Assembly (NCBI RefSeq): GCF_004010195.1
Contig: NC_057754.1
Location: forward strand, 12,868,701-12,932,700
DNA from: Chiloscyllium plagiosum
Lineage: Eukaryota
Reading direction: 5' to 3'
DNA: 64,000 nucleotides
In this document: one piece after another, positions 1-12,474 of the stretch
Layout of the letters: every line of letters starts with the position of its first letter
How positions within the stretch are numbered: the stretch's first letter is position 1
The notes under the pieces: generated by a model
What the model saw: the letters and a program-made list of their open reading frames with translations, nothing else
Database searches by the model: none
Told to the model about the DNA's origin: nothing
Translations under genes and position numbers: made by a program

Positions 1-490
1 CACCCTTCCCTTCTGAGTAATGGGGACAGGCTCCGTGCCAGAGGCCTGAGCTCCGTTACTTACCCCTGGTAAGTCGTACCCCCCCCAAGTATCCAAAATG
101 GTATACTTGTTCTTGAGGGGAACGGCTGCAGGGGGTCCCTGCACTGGTTGCTTCCTCCCAGTCCCCCTCACTGTCACCCATCTATCTGCCATCTTTGGAG
201 TTACTACTTCCCTAAAGCTCCGATCTATGACCCCCTCTGCCTCCCGAATGATCCTAAGTTCATCCAACTCCAGCTCCAGTTCCCTAACGCGGTCTTGGAG
301 GAGCTGGAGATGGGTGCACTTCCTGCAAGTGTAATCAGCAGGGACGTCTATGGCATCCCTCACCTCAACCATGTTGCAAGAGGAACATTGCACTGCCTTC
401 ACTGCCATCCCTCTGAAAGTAACCTTTTATATATATATTAAAAAAAAACTGGGTCTAAAGAATACAACAAGCAAAATGCAGCACTTACCT
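1..490 (-). mobile_element. CR1-type LINE, 5' portion (ORF1 region), continues out of the window
   Basis: Closely resembles the 5' part of the CR1 copy at about 28420-28850 (shared ctctgcctcccgaatgatcc, gtgcacttcct and cactgccatccct blocks). Confidence 0.75.
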
Positions 491-1125
491 ACTTTTCTGT
501 GTGAGGTAATCTGTCCCTTCAGGTAGCTGACAAGCTCCTTATTTGAAACTCTGAGCTGATGCACTCGCAGAGACGCTGCCTTATACTGTGTGGAAACTCT
601 TTGAGGAGATCGAGGTGACAGCATTGCTCAGTCTTGTTGCTGTTTTTCAAATTTCTGTCAATGAGCAAACTAATTACAATAACACATTTAATCCCAATTA
701 CGGAGTGTTGCTACTCATACATTATAACAAAATAACAAAAACAGAATCTGGAATCTGCCAGCACTGATACTTTCCACTCAAAAGCCATGACCCCATTCCG
801 AGATCACAAAATATTTCAACCACTGCAGCATTGAGATAGTTTACTCTGATTGTGAAAATATATCTCAGAGCTATTCTGCACTCTAGGCTGTGAGCTGCCC
901 TCTTTAGACAAGAACATTTCACTCACTGATTGAAATATGATTCTTCTCACACACTGAATGTGAGCATCGCTGCGGAAGTCAGCATTAATTTCCCATTCCC
1001 TACTTCCCACGATCCGGAGTCAGATGAAGGACCAATGGAGGAGAACATACTGCCTTTTCTGAGTAAAGGGGATTCAGTGGGCTTCCAACAATGGAGAAAT
1101 CACTGACATCACTCTTACTGACACT
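491..1125 (-). promoter_or_regulatory. 5' UTR and upstream region of a second GPR139-like gene copy (duplicate of 20234-20695)
   Basis: Aligns by eye with 20234-20695, which directly precedes the GPR139-like ATG at 20233. TATA-like TATAAG on the minus strand at 585-580. Confidence 0.65.
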
Positions 1126-1829
1126 GTACAACCCGATACATCACTGACCTCTCTGACCTGATTGCCACTCTCCATCCCCACTCATTCTTGCCTTTTCCTG
1201 TTTACAAAGTGGATACCAGTGCTGTGCTATCATAAAATGGCTGTCGTGTACAAACATAAAATGGCTGACTGACTGACACTTTCGAAATCCATTGTCCAAG
1301 CTTTGCACCTCACAGTTTGTACATGATCACATCTCAGCGCCCTGCAGATGGAATGCAGTGAGATAGGAAGTGACGTTAACCTGGACGCAGGAACAAAACA
1401 GGTTTCAGTTATGGATCTCGACTTTTGTTAGCACAGGTGAGGGATGATTTGTCAAAAGCTTTTTACAAATTTGGTCACACCGTCATGTTTCTGTGATTTG
1501 TGTACAAGGATCCAGGAAAATATGTTGAATATTAAATGTACCATAGGAAAGGATTATTTGAGCCTAATGTCTCACAAATGCACACACACAGTGACGAGCT
1601 TTAACAGTTGGAAATCCCAAAATATTTGGTCATTCCGTGTCCCTGTATAACTGTGTGAGCATGCGTGTGCGACCAGGGCATGCATTATTAGGTGTAATAA
1701 GACTTTAGTCCAGGACCTATTAAATATTCAATAATATTGAATAATATTGAATCGTCACTGTGCGCGTGTGTGTGTGTTTGTATTTGTGAGACATTATGCC
1801 TAAGTAGTACACTTCCTCTAGTACATAAT

Positions 1830-2070
1830 GGGGTGGCACAGTGGCACAGTGGTTAGCACTACTACCTCACAGTGCTAGAGATTCGAGTTCAATTCCCACC
1901 TCAGGCAACTGTCTTGGTGGAGTTTGCACATTCTCCCGGGTTTCCTCTGGGTGCTCCGGTTTTTTCCCTCAGTCCAGGTTAGATGATTTAGCCACGCTCA
2001 ATTATCCGTAGTGTTAGGTGTAGGTGTGGTCATTGAAGGGCCTATTTCCACACTGTATGTAATCTAATCC
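1830..2070 (+). mobile_element. HE1-like tRNA-derived SINE (internally deleted)
   Basis: A box (tggcacagtggttagc), B box (gagttcaattcc), core gtggagtttgcacattctccc and a LINE-like tail ending in (taatc)n. Confidence 0.85.
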
Positions 2071-3109
2071 AATTTTCCAGATCCTTGTACAGAAATCGCA
2101 GAAAGTCAATGTGATGGTTTCACCCAATTTCAGATGTGCTTTTGAGACATGTTCCCCTCTCCTGTGCTGACAGAATCCCTGATCCATAACTGAATCCTTC
2201 TCTGTCCTTGCCACCCAGGTTAACATTGGACAATTTAGTCTGCATTGTCCCTCCTCAGTGTAACATCGAAACGCCATCGCTTCCCTTATCACTATATTTT
2301 ATCTGAAGGAGGCTGAGAGATGACCTTGTGAGGAGCTGTTTTAATCGGCAAAACCAGGACGAAAGATTACGAGGGTGTCAGCCATTTCATGTTAGTCCAG
2401 CACTGACATCGACTTTATAAATAGGGAGAGGCAAGAAAGAGTGGAGTCTTGGGGAGTGCGTGTGTATCTGAGTGCAGTGTAGATTCACCAGAATGATAGC
2501 TGAACAGCAAGGGGTCACTAGGGAGGGAGGGAAATGACTCAATCCCAGGGTTGTGTCCCTGGGTTTTAGAAGGATCAGAGAAAATGAAAGGTTTTGAGAC
2601 AATAACAGAAGTGGCTGGGATAGATAGAGAGAAAGGCCTCTTGCTGCTTCTGAGTCTAAGATGAGAATCAACGTCTAAAACTCTAACAATACTCTGAAAC
2701 CGTTTCAAGATGAAAATGAAGTTAAAAAGAATCCCATCTGTCTGTGTGATATTGCACAGACTATGCCTTACTCACTCACTCACTGAACCTATTCAACCCA
2801 CTTCCCAGCCTTTCTGTTCCCTCTTTGCATTTTACTGTCCCGCATCCGTTTATGTTATCAGCAAACGAAACACAGGATCCCATCATCTCAGTCATTCATA
2901 GAGACTGTGTCCAGTGCACTGTAGGTAGAGTTAGGCTGTGATTTGAGTTAAATCCCAAGTGACCATTGGGTGACCGTTTGGCTCTTTACAATGTCTCTAT
3001 CACACACACCCACACACAAGCAGTCTCAACGACATACACTATCTCTCTCATACACCATCACGCTTGCTCTCTCTCCAATACAATTTCTCGCTGTTGTTTT
3101 GTTTACTGT

Positions 3110-3127
3110 ACACTCTCTCTCTCTTTC

Positions 3128-3173
<46 letters not shown>

Positions 3174-3222
3174 ACTCTCTCTCTCTNNNNNNNNNNNNNN
3201 NNNNNNNNNNNNNNCATTCTAT

Positions 3223-3271
<49 letters not shown>
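3110..3271. repeat. (CT)n and (CA)n microsatellites flanking a 28-N gap (3187-3214)
   Basis: Read directly from the sequence. Confidence 0.95.
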
Positions 3272-3274
<3 letters not shown>

Positions 3275-3714
3275 ATCTCGGTTTGGTTGTTGTGTCTAAA
3301 AGAACCACGGTGACCTCAGGGGGAGGATGGGATTAGGGATTTGAGCTCAATTATCACCGTTGATCATATCGAATGACAGAGCATGCTCGAGGGACCGAAC
3401 GGCTCCTACCTTCTATGTTTCTATGTGATGTCTCCAGGGTCACTGACAAGACCCTCGTTGAGTGGGAGAGAAAACTTTGGGGACGACCAAAGAGACTGTG
3501 ACCCAATATGGACAGCTTAACTGAGTGGGCAATTCACTGGCAGATGGAATATAATGTGGCGAAATGTCCATGTGCAGCACAGATTTCCAAATTAAGAAGG
3601 TGACAGATTAAAATCCCCGTTCTCTGTCCAGTCCACACTTCCGTATCCAGGGAGTTTTTACCCTGAGGGAAGCAGGATTCTGACTGGATATTATTACATT
3701 GCAACATGAAGGTA

Positions 3715-6345
3715 CTAAACTGTCTCTATCTCTAAAATGGAAGTTAGACTCGTAGACCATAGAACATTACAGCACAGTACAAGCGCTTTATGGAACCGCT
3801 CGTCTCATAGAGGAAGTTAGACTCATTCAACACAGAACAGTGCAGCGCAGTAAAGGCCCTCTATGGAACCACTCGGCTTATACAGGAAGTTAGACTCATA
3901 GAACATAGAACATTACAGAGCAGAACAGAGCTTTAAGAATCCGCTCAGTTGATATGGAAGTTAGTCTCATAGAACATAGAACATGATAGCGCAGCACAGG
4001 CCCTTTATAGAACTGCTCGGTTAATAAAAGAAGTAGCAACATAGCACATTACAAACCAGTACAGGTCCTTTATGGAACTGCTTGGCTAAGTATGACCGTT
4101 ACATTCATAGGGAATAGAACATGACAGCACAGTACAAACCCTTTATGGAACTGTTCGGCTAATAAAGGAAATTACACTCACAGAACTTAGAACATTACAA
4201 CGCAGTACAGGCCCTTTAGGGAACCGCTCAGCTAATTATGACCGTTATATTAATAGGAAATAGAACATGACAGCGTAGTACAGGCCCTTTATGGAACTGT
4301 TCGGCTAATAAAGGAAGTTAGACTAATACAACATACCACATTACAGCCCAGTAGAGGCCCCTTATGGAACTGCTCAGCTAACAAACGAAATTAGACTCAT
4401 AGAACATTACAACGCAGCCCAGGCTCTCTAGGGAACCGCTCAGCTAATTATGACTGTTATATTCACAGGAAATAGAACATCACAGCGCAGTACAGGCCCT
4501 TTATGGCATCGCTCAGCAAATAAAGGAAGTTCGACTCATCAAACCAAGAACATTACAGCCCAGTAGGGGCCTTTTATTGAACTGCTCGGCTGATAAAAAG
4601 AAGTTAGACTCATCGAACATAAAACATGGCAGCGAAGTACAGGAGCTTTATAGAACCGCCCTTCTAATAAAGTATGTTAGACACATAGAACATATGGCCT
4701 GTACTGTGCTGTAATGTTCTTTATGAAACAGCTCAGCTAATAAAGTAAGTTAGACTAATACAGCATAGAATATAACAGCGCAGTACAGGCTCTTTATGGA
4801 ACGGCTCGGCAAGTACGGGAAGTTAGACTCATAGAACATACAGCATTACAGCGCTGTACAGGCTCTTTATGGAATCACTCCTCTAATAAAGGAGGATAGA
4901 CTCATGGAACATAGAACATTACAGCATACTACATGTCTTTTATGGAACCGCTTGGCCAACAAAGGAAGTTAGACTCATAGAACATAGAAAATTACGTGCA
5001 GGACAGGCCCTTTACGGAACTGTTCGGCTAATAAATGAAGTTAGATACATAGAACATTACAGCGCAGAACAGGCCCTTTGTTGAACCGCTTGGCTTATTA
5101 AGGAAGTTAGACTCATAGAACATAGAACATGACAGAGCAGTGCAGGTTCTTTATAGAACTGTTCAGCGAATAAAGGAAATTAGACACCGAGAACATAGAA
5201 CATTACAGCACACTACATGTCCTTTATGGAACCGCTTAGCCAACAAAGGAAGTTAGATTCATAGAACATAGAAAATTACGTGCAGTACAGGCCCTTCATG
5301 GAACTGCTCAGCTAATAAATGAATTTTGACTAATAGAACATAGAACATTACAGCACAGTACAAAAGCTTTATGGAACCGCTCGGCTAATACAGGTAGTTT
5401 GATTCATAGAACATTGAACATGACAGCGCAGTACAGGCCTTTTATGGAACCACTCGGCAAATAAATGAAGTTAGACTAATACAATTTCGAACGTGACAGT
5501 GCGGTACAGGCCCTTCATGGAACCGTTGGGCTAATGACAGAAGTTGGACGAATAAAACCTAGCACATTACAGCGCAGTGCAGGCCCTTTATGGAACCGCT
5601 CGACTAATAAAGGAAGTTAGACTCATAGAACATGAAATATGACAGCGCAGTACAGGCTGCTTCTGAAACCGCTCGGCAAATAAAGGAAGTTAGTCTAATA
5701 CAATTTCGAACATACAGCCCAGTACAGGCCCTTTATGGAACCATTGAGCTAATAAAGGAAGTTAGGCTCATAGAACACACAGCATTACAGAGCAGTGCAG
5801 GCCCTTTATGGAACCGCTTGGCTAATAAAGAGTTCAACTCATAGAACATAAAATATGACAGTGCAGTAGAGGCCCTTTAAGGAACCGTTCTTCTAAAAAA
5901 GGAAGTTAGACACAGAACATAGGGCCTGTACTGCTCTTTATGAAACCGTTCGGCCAATAAAGGAAGTTAGACTAATGCAGCATAGAATATGACAGTGCAG
6001 TGCAGGCTCTTTATGGAACGGCTCGGCAAATACGGGAAGTTAGACTCATAGAACACACAGCATTACAGGGCAGTAGAGGCCCTTCATGGAACTGTCCGTC
6101 AATAAAGGAAGTTAGACACATAGAACATAGAACATTACAGCGCAGTACAGGTTCTTTATGGAACCGCTCAGCTTATTAAGGAAGTTAGACTCATAGAACA
6201 TAGAACGTGACAGCGCAGTACAGGCCCTTTAGGGAGCCACTCGGCTAATTATGATTGTTTTGATCACAGGAAATAGAGCATTACAGCACAGTACAGGCCT
6301 TTTATGGAATTGCTCAGCCAATAAAGGAAGCCAAACTAATACAAC
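3715..6345 (+). repeat. Tandem array of a ~73-bp unit (about 36 diverged copies)
   Basis: Consensus GGAAGTTAGACTCATAGAACATAGAACATTACAGCGCAGTACAGGCCCTTTATGGAACCGCTCGGCTAATAAA. Some units lack one CATAGAA. Confidence 0.93.
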
Positions 6346-6844
6346 ATTTTAATTCGCATCCTGGTTTCCATGGAGAGACATTACATGACTATACTTGGCA
6401 TATTTTCTTCACATGCCTGGAGTTGGAGGGTGATAGACAAGTTAAGTGGGCAATTGGAAAAATGAAAATCTGTGGTGTCACCTGATGGGTATTTAACCAA
6501 AACAAAATGACTGAGTCTGAGACTCTCTGCATATGCTCCTAGCTCGTCAGCCCTGACCAAAAAATCCTAACCACAGTTCTACCCTTGTACTGGTCGAGAT
6601 TTTCTAATCAACTTGATTAGAAATGTTATTACCCACTATTGAAACAATTGGGACTTGAAACCACACCTCCTGGCTCAGAGTTAGGGTCACTACCACTTGC
6701 CACACGAATCCTCTTTGAATTATATGTTAGCTCATTTGGCTGAACAGCTGCATATAAGATGCCAACAGTGCAGATCCAATTTTTGCACCAGCTGAGGTAA
6801 CCTTTGCTTTAATTTCAAAAATGTATTTTATTTATCAAGAAAAT

Positions 6845-7365
6845 TGTGTCCAGTTTTGGTCACCTTGTTAAAGGAAAGACATAAGTAAACAAGAAAGAAT
6901 CAAAGAAGATTTACGAGGATGTTGCCAGAACTAGTAGACCTGAATTATAGGGAGTGGTTGGCCAGGATAGGACTTTTATCCTTGGAATGCAGGAGAATGA
7001 GGGATGAACTTATTGAGGTATATAAAATCATGAGGGGCATAGATAGGATGAATGCATGCAGTCTTTTTCCCAGGGATGGGGGTTGAAACGTAGAAGGCAG
7101 AGGTTTAAGATGAATGGGGAAAGCTTTAAGAAGGACCTGAGGGGGCAACTTCTTCATGCAGAGAGTGATGGAATGGGCTGCCGGAGAAAGTGGTTGAGGC
7201 AGGTACAATAGCATTATTTTAAAAATATTTGGATAGTTACATGGATGGGAAGGCTTAGAGGATTAAGGACTAAATGTGGACAATTGGAACTAGCTGAGTG
7301 GGCACTATAGTCAGCATGGATCAGTTTGTGCTGAAGGGCATGTTTCATGCTTATTAGTCTATGTT
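6845..7365 (+). mobile_element. CR1 LINE 3' fragment
   Basis: Decayed ORF2 C-terminus (CVQFWSP...RRFTRMLP...LIEVYKIMRG) plus 3' UTR. Confidence 0.85.
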
Positions 7366-7419
7366 TTTACTTGAAACATTAATGTTTCAAGGAAACAAAC
7401 ATTGGAGTTTGGGTATCTA

Positions 7420-8005
7420 ACAAACAAACCAAAGGCATCTCTTTCTTGTGTAAGATTATGCTTCCATATAATTGAGCTGTTGGTAAAGTCTGATAACTCG
7501 GCAGACCCACATTTAACTTTGGCAGGAAGACCTCAGACAGGGGTCCTTCTCCATTGCGCCTTGGTGGGAGCTGACCCAAGCTTTAATGTGTCCCTCAACA
7601 CATACTCCTGGACCTAAAAATATGCCAGTCTGCAACACTTGGTTGGGGTCAACTCCTTGTTGTGGAAAACCAAAAGGTTTCGGGTAGACTAAAGAACGCC
7701 TTTCACTGAGTTGATGGATCTCCAAGCGAAATCAATGTTTGTGTTGGTGTGCATTCCAGGAAACTGTGTCCTGTGTCATGGAACTGCTCGGGATGAATGT
7801 CGACAAAAACCACTGCATCTTTCTCCAGACTTCCTGTGCAAAGTCACATTGCAGAAAGAGATATGTGACATTCTTTACCCCTCCACAGCTGCTTCAAGGG
7901 CAGTGTGCAGTGGTGCAGGCTGATCGGGCAAACGAAAAAGATCTCGCAGATAGTGCTCTTCGCACCACAAGCCAAGCAATGGCTTGGTGCTTGTTGGAAA
8001 GTTCT
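7420..8005 (-). mobile_element. Tx1/L1-clade LINE, ORF2 C-terminal fragment
   Basis: Minus-strand translations AIAWLVVRRALSARSF and AQEVWRKMQW-like segments match the Tx1 ORF2 C-terminal zinc-knuckle region. Confidence 0.65.
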
Positions 8006-8488
8006 GTGTGAATTTGTGTGTGGTTATGTGTGTAACTGTGCATGTCAATGTCTGTATGTGTGGAACTTTTTGTGTGTGGGTATGTGTGTGAGCGTTTATT
8101 TGTGTATGTCGACGTGGTTGTGTGTGTATCTGCGTGTATGAGACCACGTGTGATTATGAGTAATGGCATATGTTACTGCGTGTGTGTGAAACTTTGCGTG
8201 TGCATGTGAATCTGTATGTATGTAAGTATGTGCAGTCGTGTGTGTGTGTGTGTAGATCTCCATGTTTGTGTATGTGAGTGCGTTTGTGTATTTAACTGAG
8301 TATGTATGTCTGTGTGAGCCCATGTATGTTACTGTTTGATTCAGAAGTGAAATGGCCCTTCAAGTGCACATCACAGGTTGTGTGTGTGTTGTGGTTCTGC
8401 AATTATTGACTGCAGGACAGTTTGCGTTATCATGTAAGGAGCTTCCTTCCGCCAGACAGCTCAAAGTGCCACAGAAAATCAATGGAGG

Positions 8489-9551
8489 ATGAGAACTGTC
8501 CTGTTCTTGGTTCTTATGTTCTTTGTGATGGTGCAGCCAGGCACTGCCGACGATGTTGTGAAATAACATCCTCCCTTAGAACATGAGTCCACCTCTCCTG
8601 AAACAGACTTCACAAGCATTCAGAAGGGCAGACTGAAGTCAATCATCCCCCTGAGACCAAGTTCCATTCCGTTGGTTTTAGTTGTCTAGAGCCTAAAATC
8701 AATCAGTTAATATGTACGAATGCTGCTCCTGGGATGCTAAGCCAAGATTTATTGTTCATCCATTATTGCCCAGAAGACATGTAGGAATGAATCTGGAGTC
8801 ACATGTAAATCAGACTTGATAATGACAGCAGATTTCCTTCGCTTAAGGACATTAATGAAATAGCTATTCCCTTGGTTCACCACCACGACCCGGGCCTCGG
8901 ATAATCAGCAGCATTTATATATCTGACATTAGACTACTTGAATATGATTCAAGTTTGATCATCTGTCATGATGAGATTTGAAAACAAGCCCTCAGTACAT
9001 GAGATTGATGGTCCTGGATATGAGTCCAATGTCCCACTCAGTCCACCATCCAGTTTCTGCATTTGGTAAATTATTGCAGACATTTCCCATGAGTGAATAA
9101 TCAACTTCTGTTCTGAAATATTTTATCCTTTTGATCCTTTGGAATAAATAAACAATGGATTGTATCCTTTTAAACCATCCCATGTCAACCTATCCTTGAT
9201 TATATCATAGTTTCAATTGGCAAATTGTTCTTCCTGGGCATGTCCATTATACACCAGTTTCTCATCAGTAACTGAGAGAGCATTTCTCTTTACAGTTCAT
9301 GTGTCCATCTCACGGGGTTGGTTGTAAGTTGTGGCCCCTGACTGCGGGCATCAATGAATTAATTTTCTTTGTTTTCCAGATGAGAGAGAAAGAGTGAGGT
9401 TGGGGGATGAGAGAGAGTAAGAGAGTGTTTGTGTACGACAGAGAGAGAGAAAGAGAAACAATGTCCAGCAGAGGGAGTGCGTGAGTGGGGATTTATGCCT
9501 CGTGCTTGATTCATATTGTCAGAGATGCTCAGCTGCGCAAGATGCTGCAAA
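8489..9551 (+). pseudogene. Beta-defensin-like pseudogene (paralogue of 32848-33841)
   Basis: Exon 1 (8489-8582) reads MRTVLFLVLMFFVMVQPGTADDVVK*HPPLE, with TAA at 8564 and the donor changed to ATGAGT at 8583. The intron is homologous to 32942-33713. The acceptor ttttccag ends at 9379, followed by a GA-rich insert and a frameshifted Cys exon (tgt at 9462, att cat att = IHI, aga tgc tgc aaa = RCCK ending at 9551). Confidence 0.85.
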
Positions 9552-9689
9552 TGGACACAGGAAACAGTTACTTTCTCCCTGTTTAAACATCTGTTTGTCT
9601 GTTAACTAATCTCTCTCTCTCTCCTTGACTTTCCATGCCACATCTTACTGCCCCTCCATATCCGTTTCTCATCTCTCCTTGCATCTTTT

Positions 9690-9920
9690 TCAGCCCCTTT
9701 CCACATTTATTCCCCGCCCATACCCCACCGCCAGGCCAACCTTCTGTCTGGGAATCCTTGGGAAAAATGAATGAGCGTTTTCACCCTTTCCATCACTCAC
9801 GATCTTACACACTTCAACAAGATCCTTCTTCAGTCTCCTATGCTCTAAAGAAAAATGTGCCGGCTTGTCCAAGCTTTCCCTATAACTCAGACCTTTCAGT
9901 CCTGGCAACAACCTTGTGGA
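9690..9920 (-). mobile_element. CR1 LINE fragment
   Basis: ORF 9690-9911 reads MLPGLKGLSYRESLDK...DLVEVCKI. Confidence 0.75.
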
Positions 9921-9921
9921 T

Positions 9922-10040
9922 TTGCCCGTAGTGTTAGGCGAAGGGGTAAATGTAGGGGAATGGGTGTGGGTGGGTTGCGCTTCGGCGGGTCGGTGTGGAC
10001 TTGTTGGGTCTAAGGGCCTGATTCCACACTGTAAGTAATC
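9922..10040 (+). mobile_element. HE1-like SINE, 3' half
   Basis: Nearly identical to 47928-48035 and ends in (taatc)n. Confidence 0.85.
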
Positions 10041-10915
10041 TAATCTAATCTAATTTAATCTGCACCAGATGGACCAATGGGCTGAGAAGTGGGAGATGGA
10101 GTTTAATTCAGATAAATGCGAGGTGTTGCATTTTGGGAAAGCAAATCTTAGCAGGACTTATATATTTAATGGTAAGGGCCTAGGGAGTGTTGCTGAACAA
10201 AGAGACCTTGGAGTGCAGGTTCATAGCTCCTTGAAAGTGGAGTCGCGGGTAGATAGGATAGTGAAGACGGCGTTTGGTATGCTTTCCTTTATTGGTCAGA
10301 GCACTGAGTACAAGAGTTGGGAGGTCATGTTGCGACTCTACAGGACATTAGTAAGGCCACTGTTACAATATTGCGTGCAATTCTGGCCTCTTTCCTATCG
10401 GAAACATGCTGTGAAACTTGAAAGGGTTCAGAAAAGATTTACAAAGGTGTTGCCAGGATTGGAGGATCTGAGCTACAGGGAGAGGTTGAACAGGCTGGGT
10501 TTTTTTTCCTGGAGCGTCGAAGGCTGAGGGGTGACCTTATAGAGGTTTACAAAATTATGAGGGGCATGGATAGGATAAATAGACAAAGTCTTTTCCCTGG
10601 CGTCGGGGAGTCCAGAGCTAGAGGGCATAGGTTTAGAGTGAGAGGGGGAAGATATAAAAGAGACCTAAGGGGCAACTTTTTGATGAAGACGGTGGTACAT
10701 GTATGGAATGAGCTGCCAGAGGATGTGGTGGAGGCTGGTACAATTGCAACATTTAAGAGGCATTTGGATGGGTATATGAATAGGAAAGGTTTGGAGGGAT
10801 ATGGGCCGAGTGCTGGCAGGTGGGACTAGATTTGTGGGGATATCTGGTCGGCATGGACGGGTTGGACCGAAGGGTCTGATTCCGTGCTGCACATCTCTAT
10901 GATTCTATGACTCTA
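10041..10915 (+). mobile_element. CR1 LINE 3' portion
   Basis: ORFs 10069-10527 and 10557-10829 encode the CR1 ORF2 C-terminus (WAEKWEMEFN...YCVQFW...WNELPE). (ctatga)n tail. Confidence 0.92.
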
Positions 10916-11695
10916 TGCCCTGACTGATGAAGGCCAGCGTGCCAAAAGCCGTCGTAACTGCCCTGTCTACCTGTGACTGCACTTTCTGAGAACAATGCAT
11001 CTGAAATCCAAGATCACTCTGTTCCACTACACTCCTTAAAGTCCTACCTTTCTGAGTGAAACTCCTGCCTAAACTTTACTTTCCAAAATGCAAGACCTCA
11101 CACTTATCTCTATTAGACTGCATTTTCTATGTATCATCCCACTTACCCAGCTGATCAAGGTCCTGCTGCAATTTCTGATCACCTTCATTATTGTCCAAGG
11201 TACCACCTATTTTAGTGTCATCAGCAAACTTACTAATCATGCCCTGTGCATTCTCATCGAAATTATTGACGAAGATAACAAACAGAAATGGGCCCAGCAA
11301 CGATCCGTGAGGTACACCACTAGTCACAGGCCTCCAGTCCGAAAAGCATCCTTCCACTATTACCCTCTGCTTCTTACCGTCACGCCAATTCTGAATCCAA
11401 TTTGTCAGCTCCCCCTATTCTATGTGATTTAACCTTCCAGAGCAGCTTACCATGTGTAACCTTATCAAAAGCCTTACTGAAATTCGAATAGAACAGATCT
11501 ATAGCTCTGCACTCCTCAACCTTCCTGGTCACTTCAGCAAAGAACTGTCACAAATTTGTGAAGCATGATGTCCCATGCAGAAAGCCATGCTGACTACTCC
11601 TAATCAACCCCTGTCATTCCAAATGCATGGATGTCTTATCCCACAGAATCTTCTCAAGTAACTTACCCACCACAGATGCTAAACTTACTGGTGTT
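10916..11695 (-). mobile_element. CR1 LINE RT fragment
   Basis: ORF 11127-11357 contains SGVPHGSLLGP and KFADDTK. Confidence 0.88.
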
Positions 11696-12003
11696 TAACT
11701 TCATTCACTCACAGGATGTCAGCTTCACTGGCTGTACAGCATTTATCCCTATTTCCCATCAGCCCTTGAGTAGGTGGTATTGAGCTGCCTTATTGAAGCG
11801 CTGACAGAATTCCAGAATCAAACCGAGTTTTTAGAAAAATGGAATGTAGCAGAACTTAAACTGCAGCTTTCTCTGTTTCTGCTCCTGGTTTAACATTTGA
11901 CCGGTTAGTATATGTTTAGTCTTCTCTGTCTGTTTTATAAAAAGCATCAATTCACATCGCACAGTATTTCAGTTATCTGGCTGTGTCCTTCTCCCTAGAC
12001 TAC

Positions 12004-12218
12004 CGAGGAGAAAGTGAGGAGTGCAGATCCTGGAGATCAGAGTTGAGACTGTGGTGCTGGAAAAGCACAGCAGGTTAAGCAGCATCCAAGGAGCAGGAGA
12101 ATCGCTGTTTTAAGCATAAACCCTTCCTGATGAAAGACATATGCCCGGAACATGCATTTTCCTGATCCTCAGATGCTACCTGGCCTGTTCTGACTTTCTA
12201 GCACCAGACTCTCGACTC
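12004..12218. mobile_element. Penelope-derived palindromic non-autonomous element
   Basis: Imperfect hairpin (gtgctggaaaagcacagcagg...ctgacttt ctagcacc) with CTGATGA at its centre. Same family as 26652-26855 and 58561-58737. Confidence 0.7.
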
Positions 12219-12474
12219 CCTAGAATCCATGTATATTCCAAAATCAATTTACTTATCATCTGCAAAACCTGATGCTCTGTCCTGTAAATCCAAGTCTAAT
12301 TCATGAATATAGAACAGAAATATAGCAGGCCTAAACTGAACCTCTGTGCAATAGCACTGTGCAGCTCCCTTCAATAATTTCCAGAGATGCCAATGTCTAT
12401 TGAGAGGTAGGAATTGAAGGCAGTTTGTATCAATTTCGAACAGTGCTGGGGAAATGAATGAAGAGTAATTAATT

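Noticed and set aside
1830..1905. tRNA-like A and B boxes (also at 47719)
   Set aside because: These are SINE heads rather than tRNA genes: no complete cloverleaf, and SINE core sequence follows.
3715..6345. Regular repeat array resembling a CRISPR array
   Set aside because: The whole unit repeats with no unique spacers, there are no cas genes, and the context is vertebrate.
8360..8569. Paralogous minus-strand ORFs 8360-8569 and 32740-32961
   Set aside because: They are antisense shadows of defensin exon 1 and its promoter.
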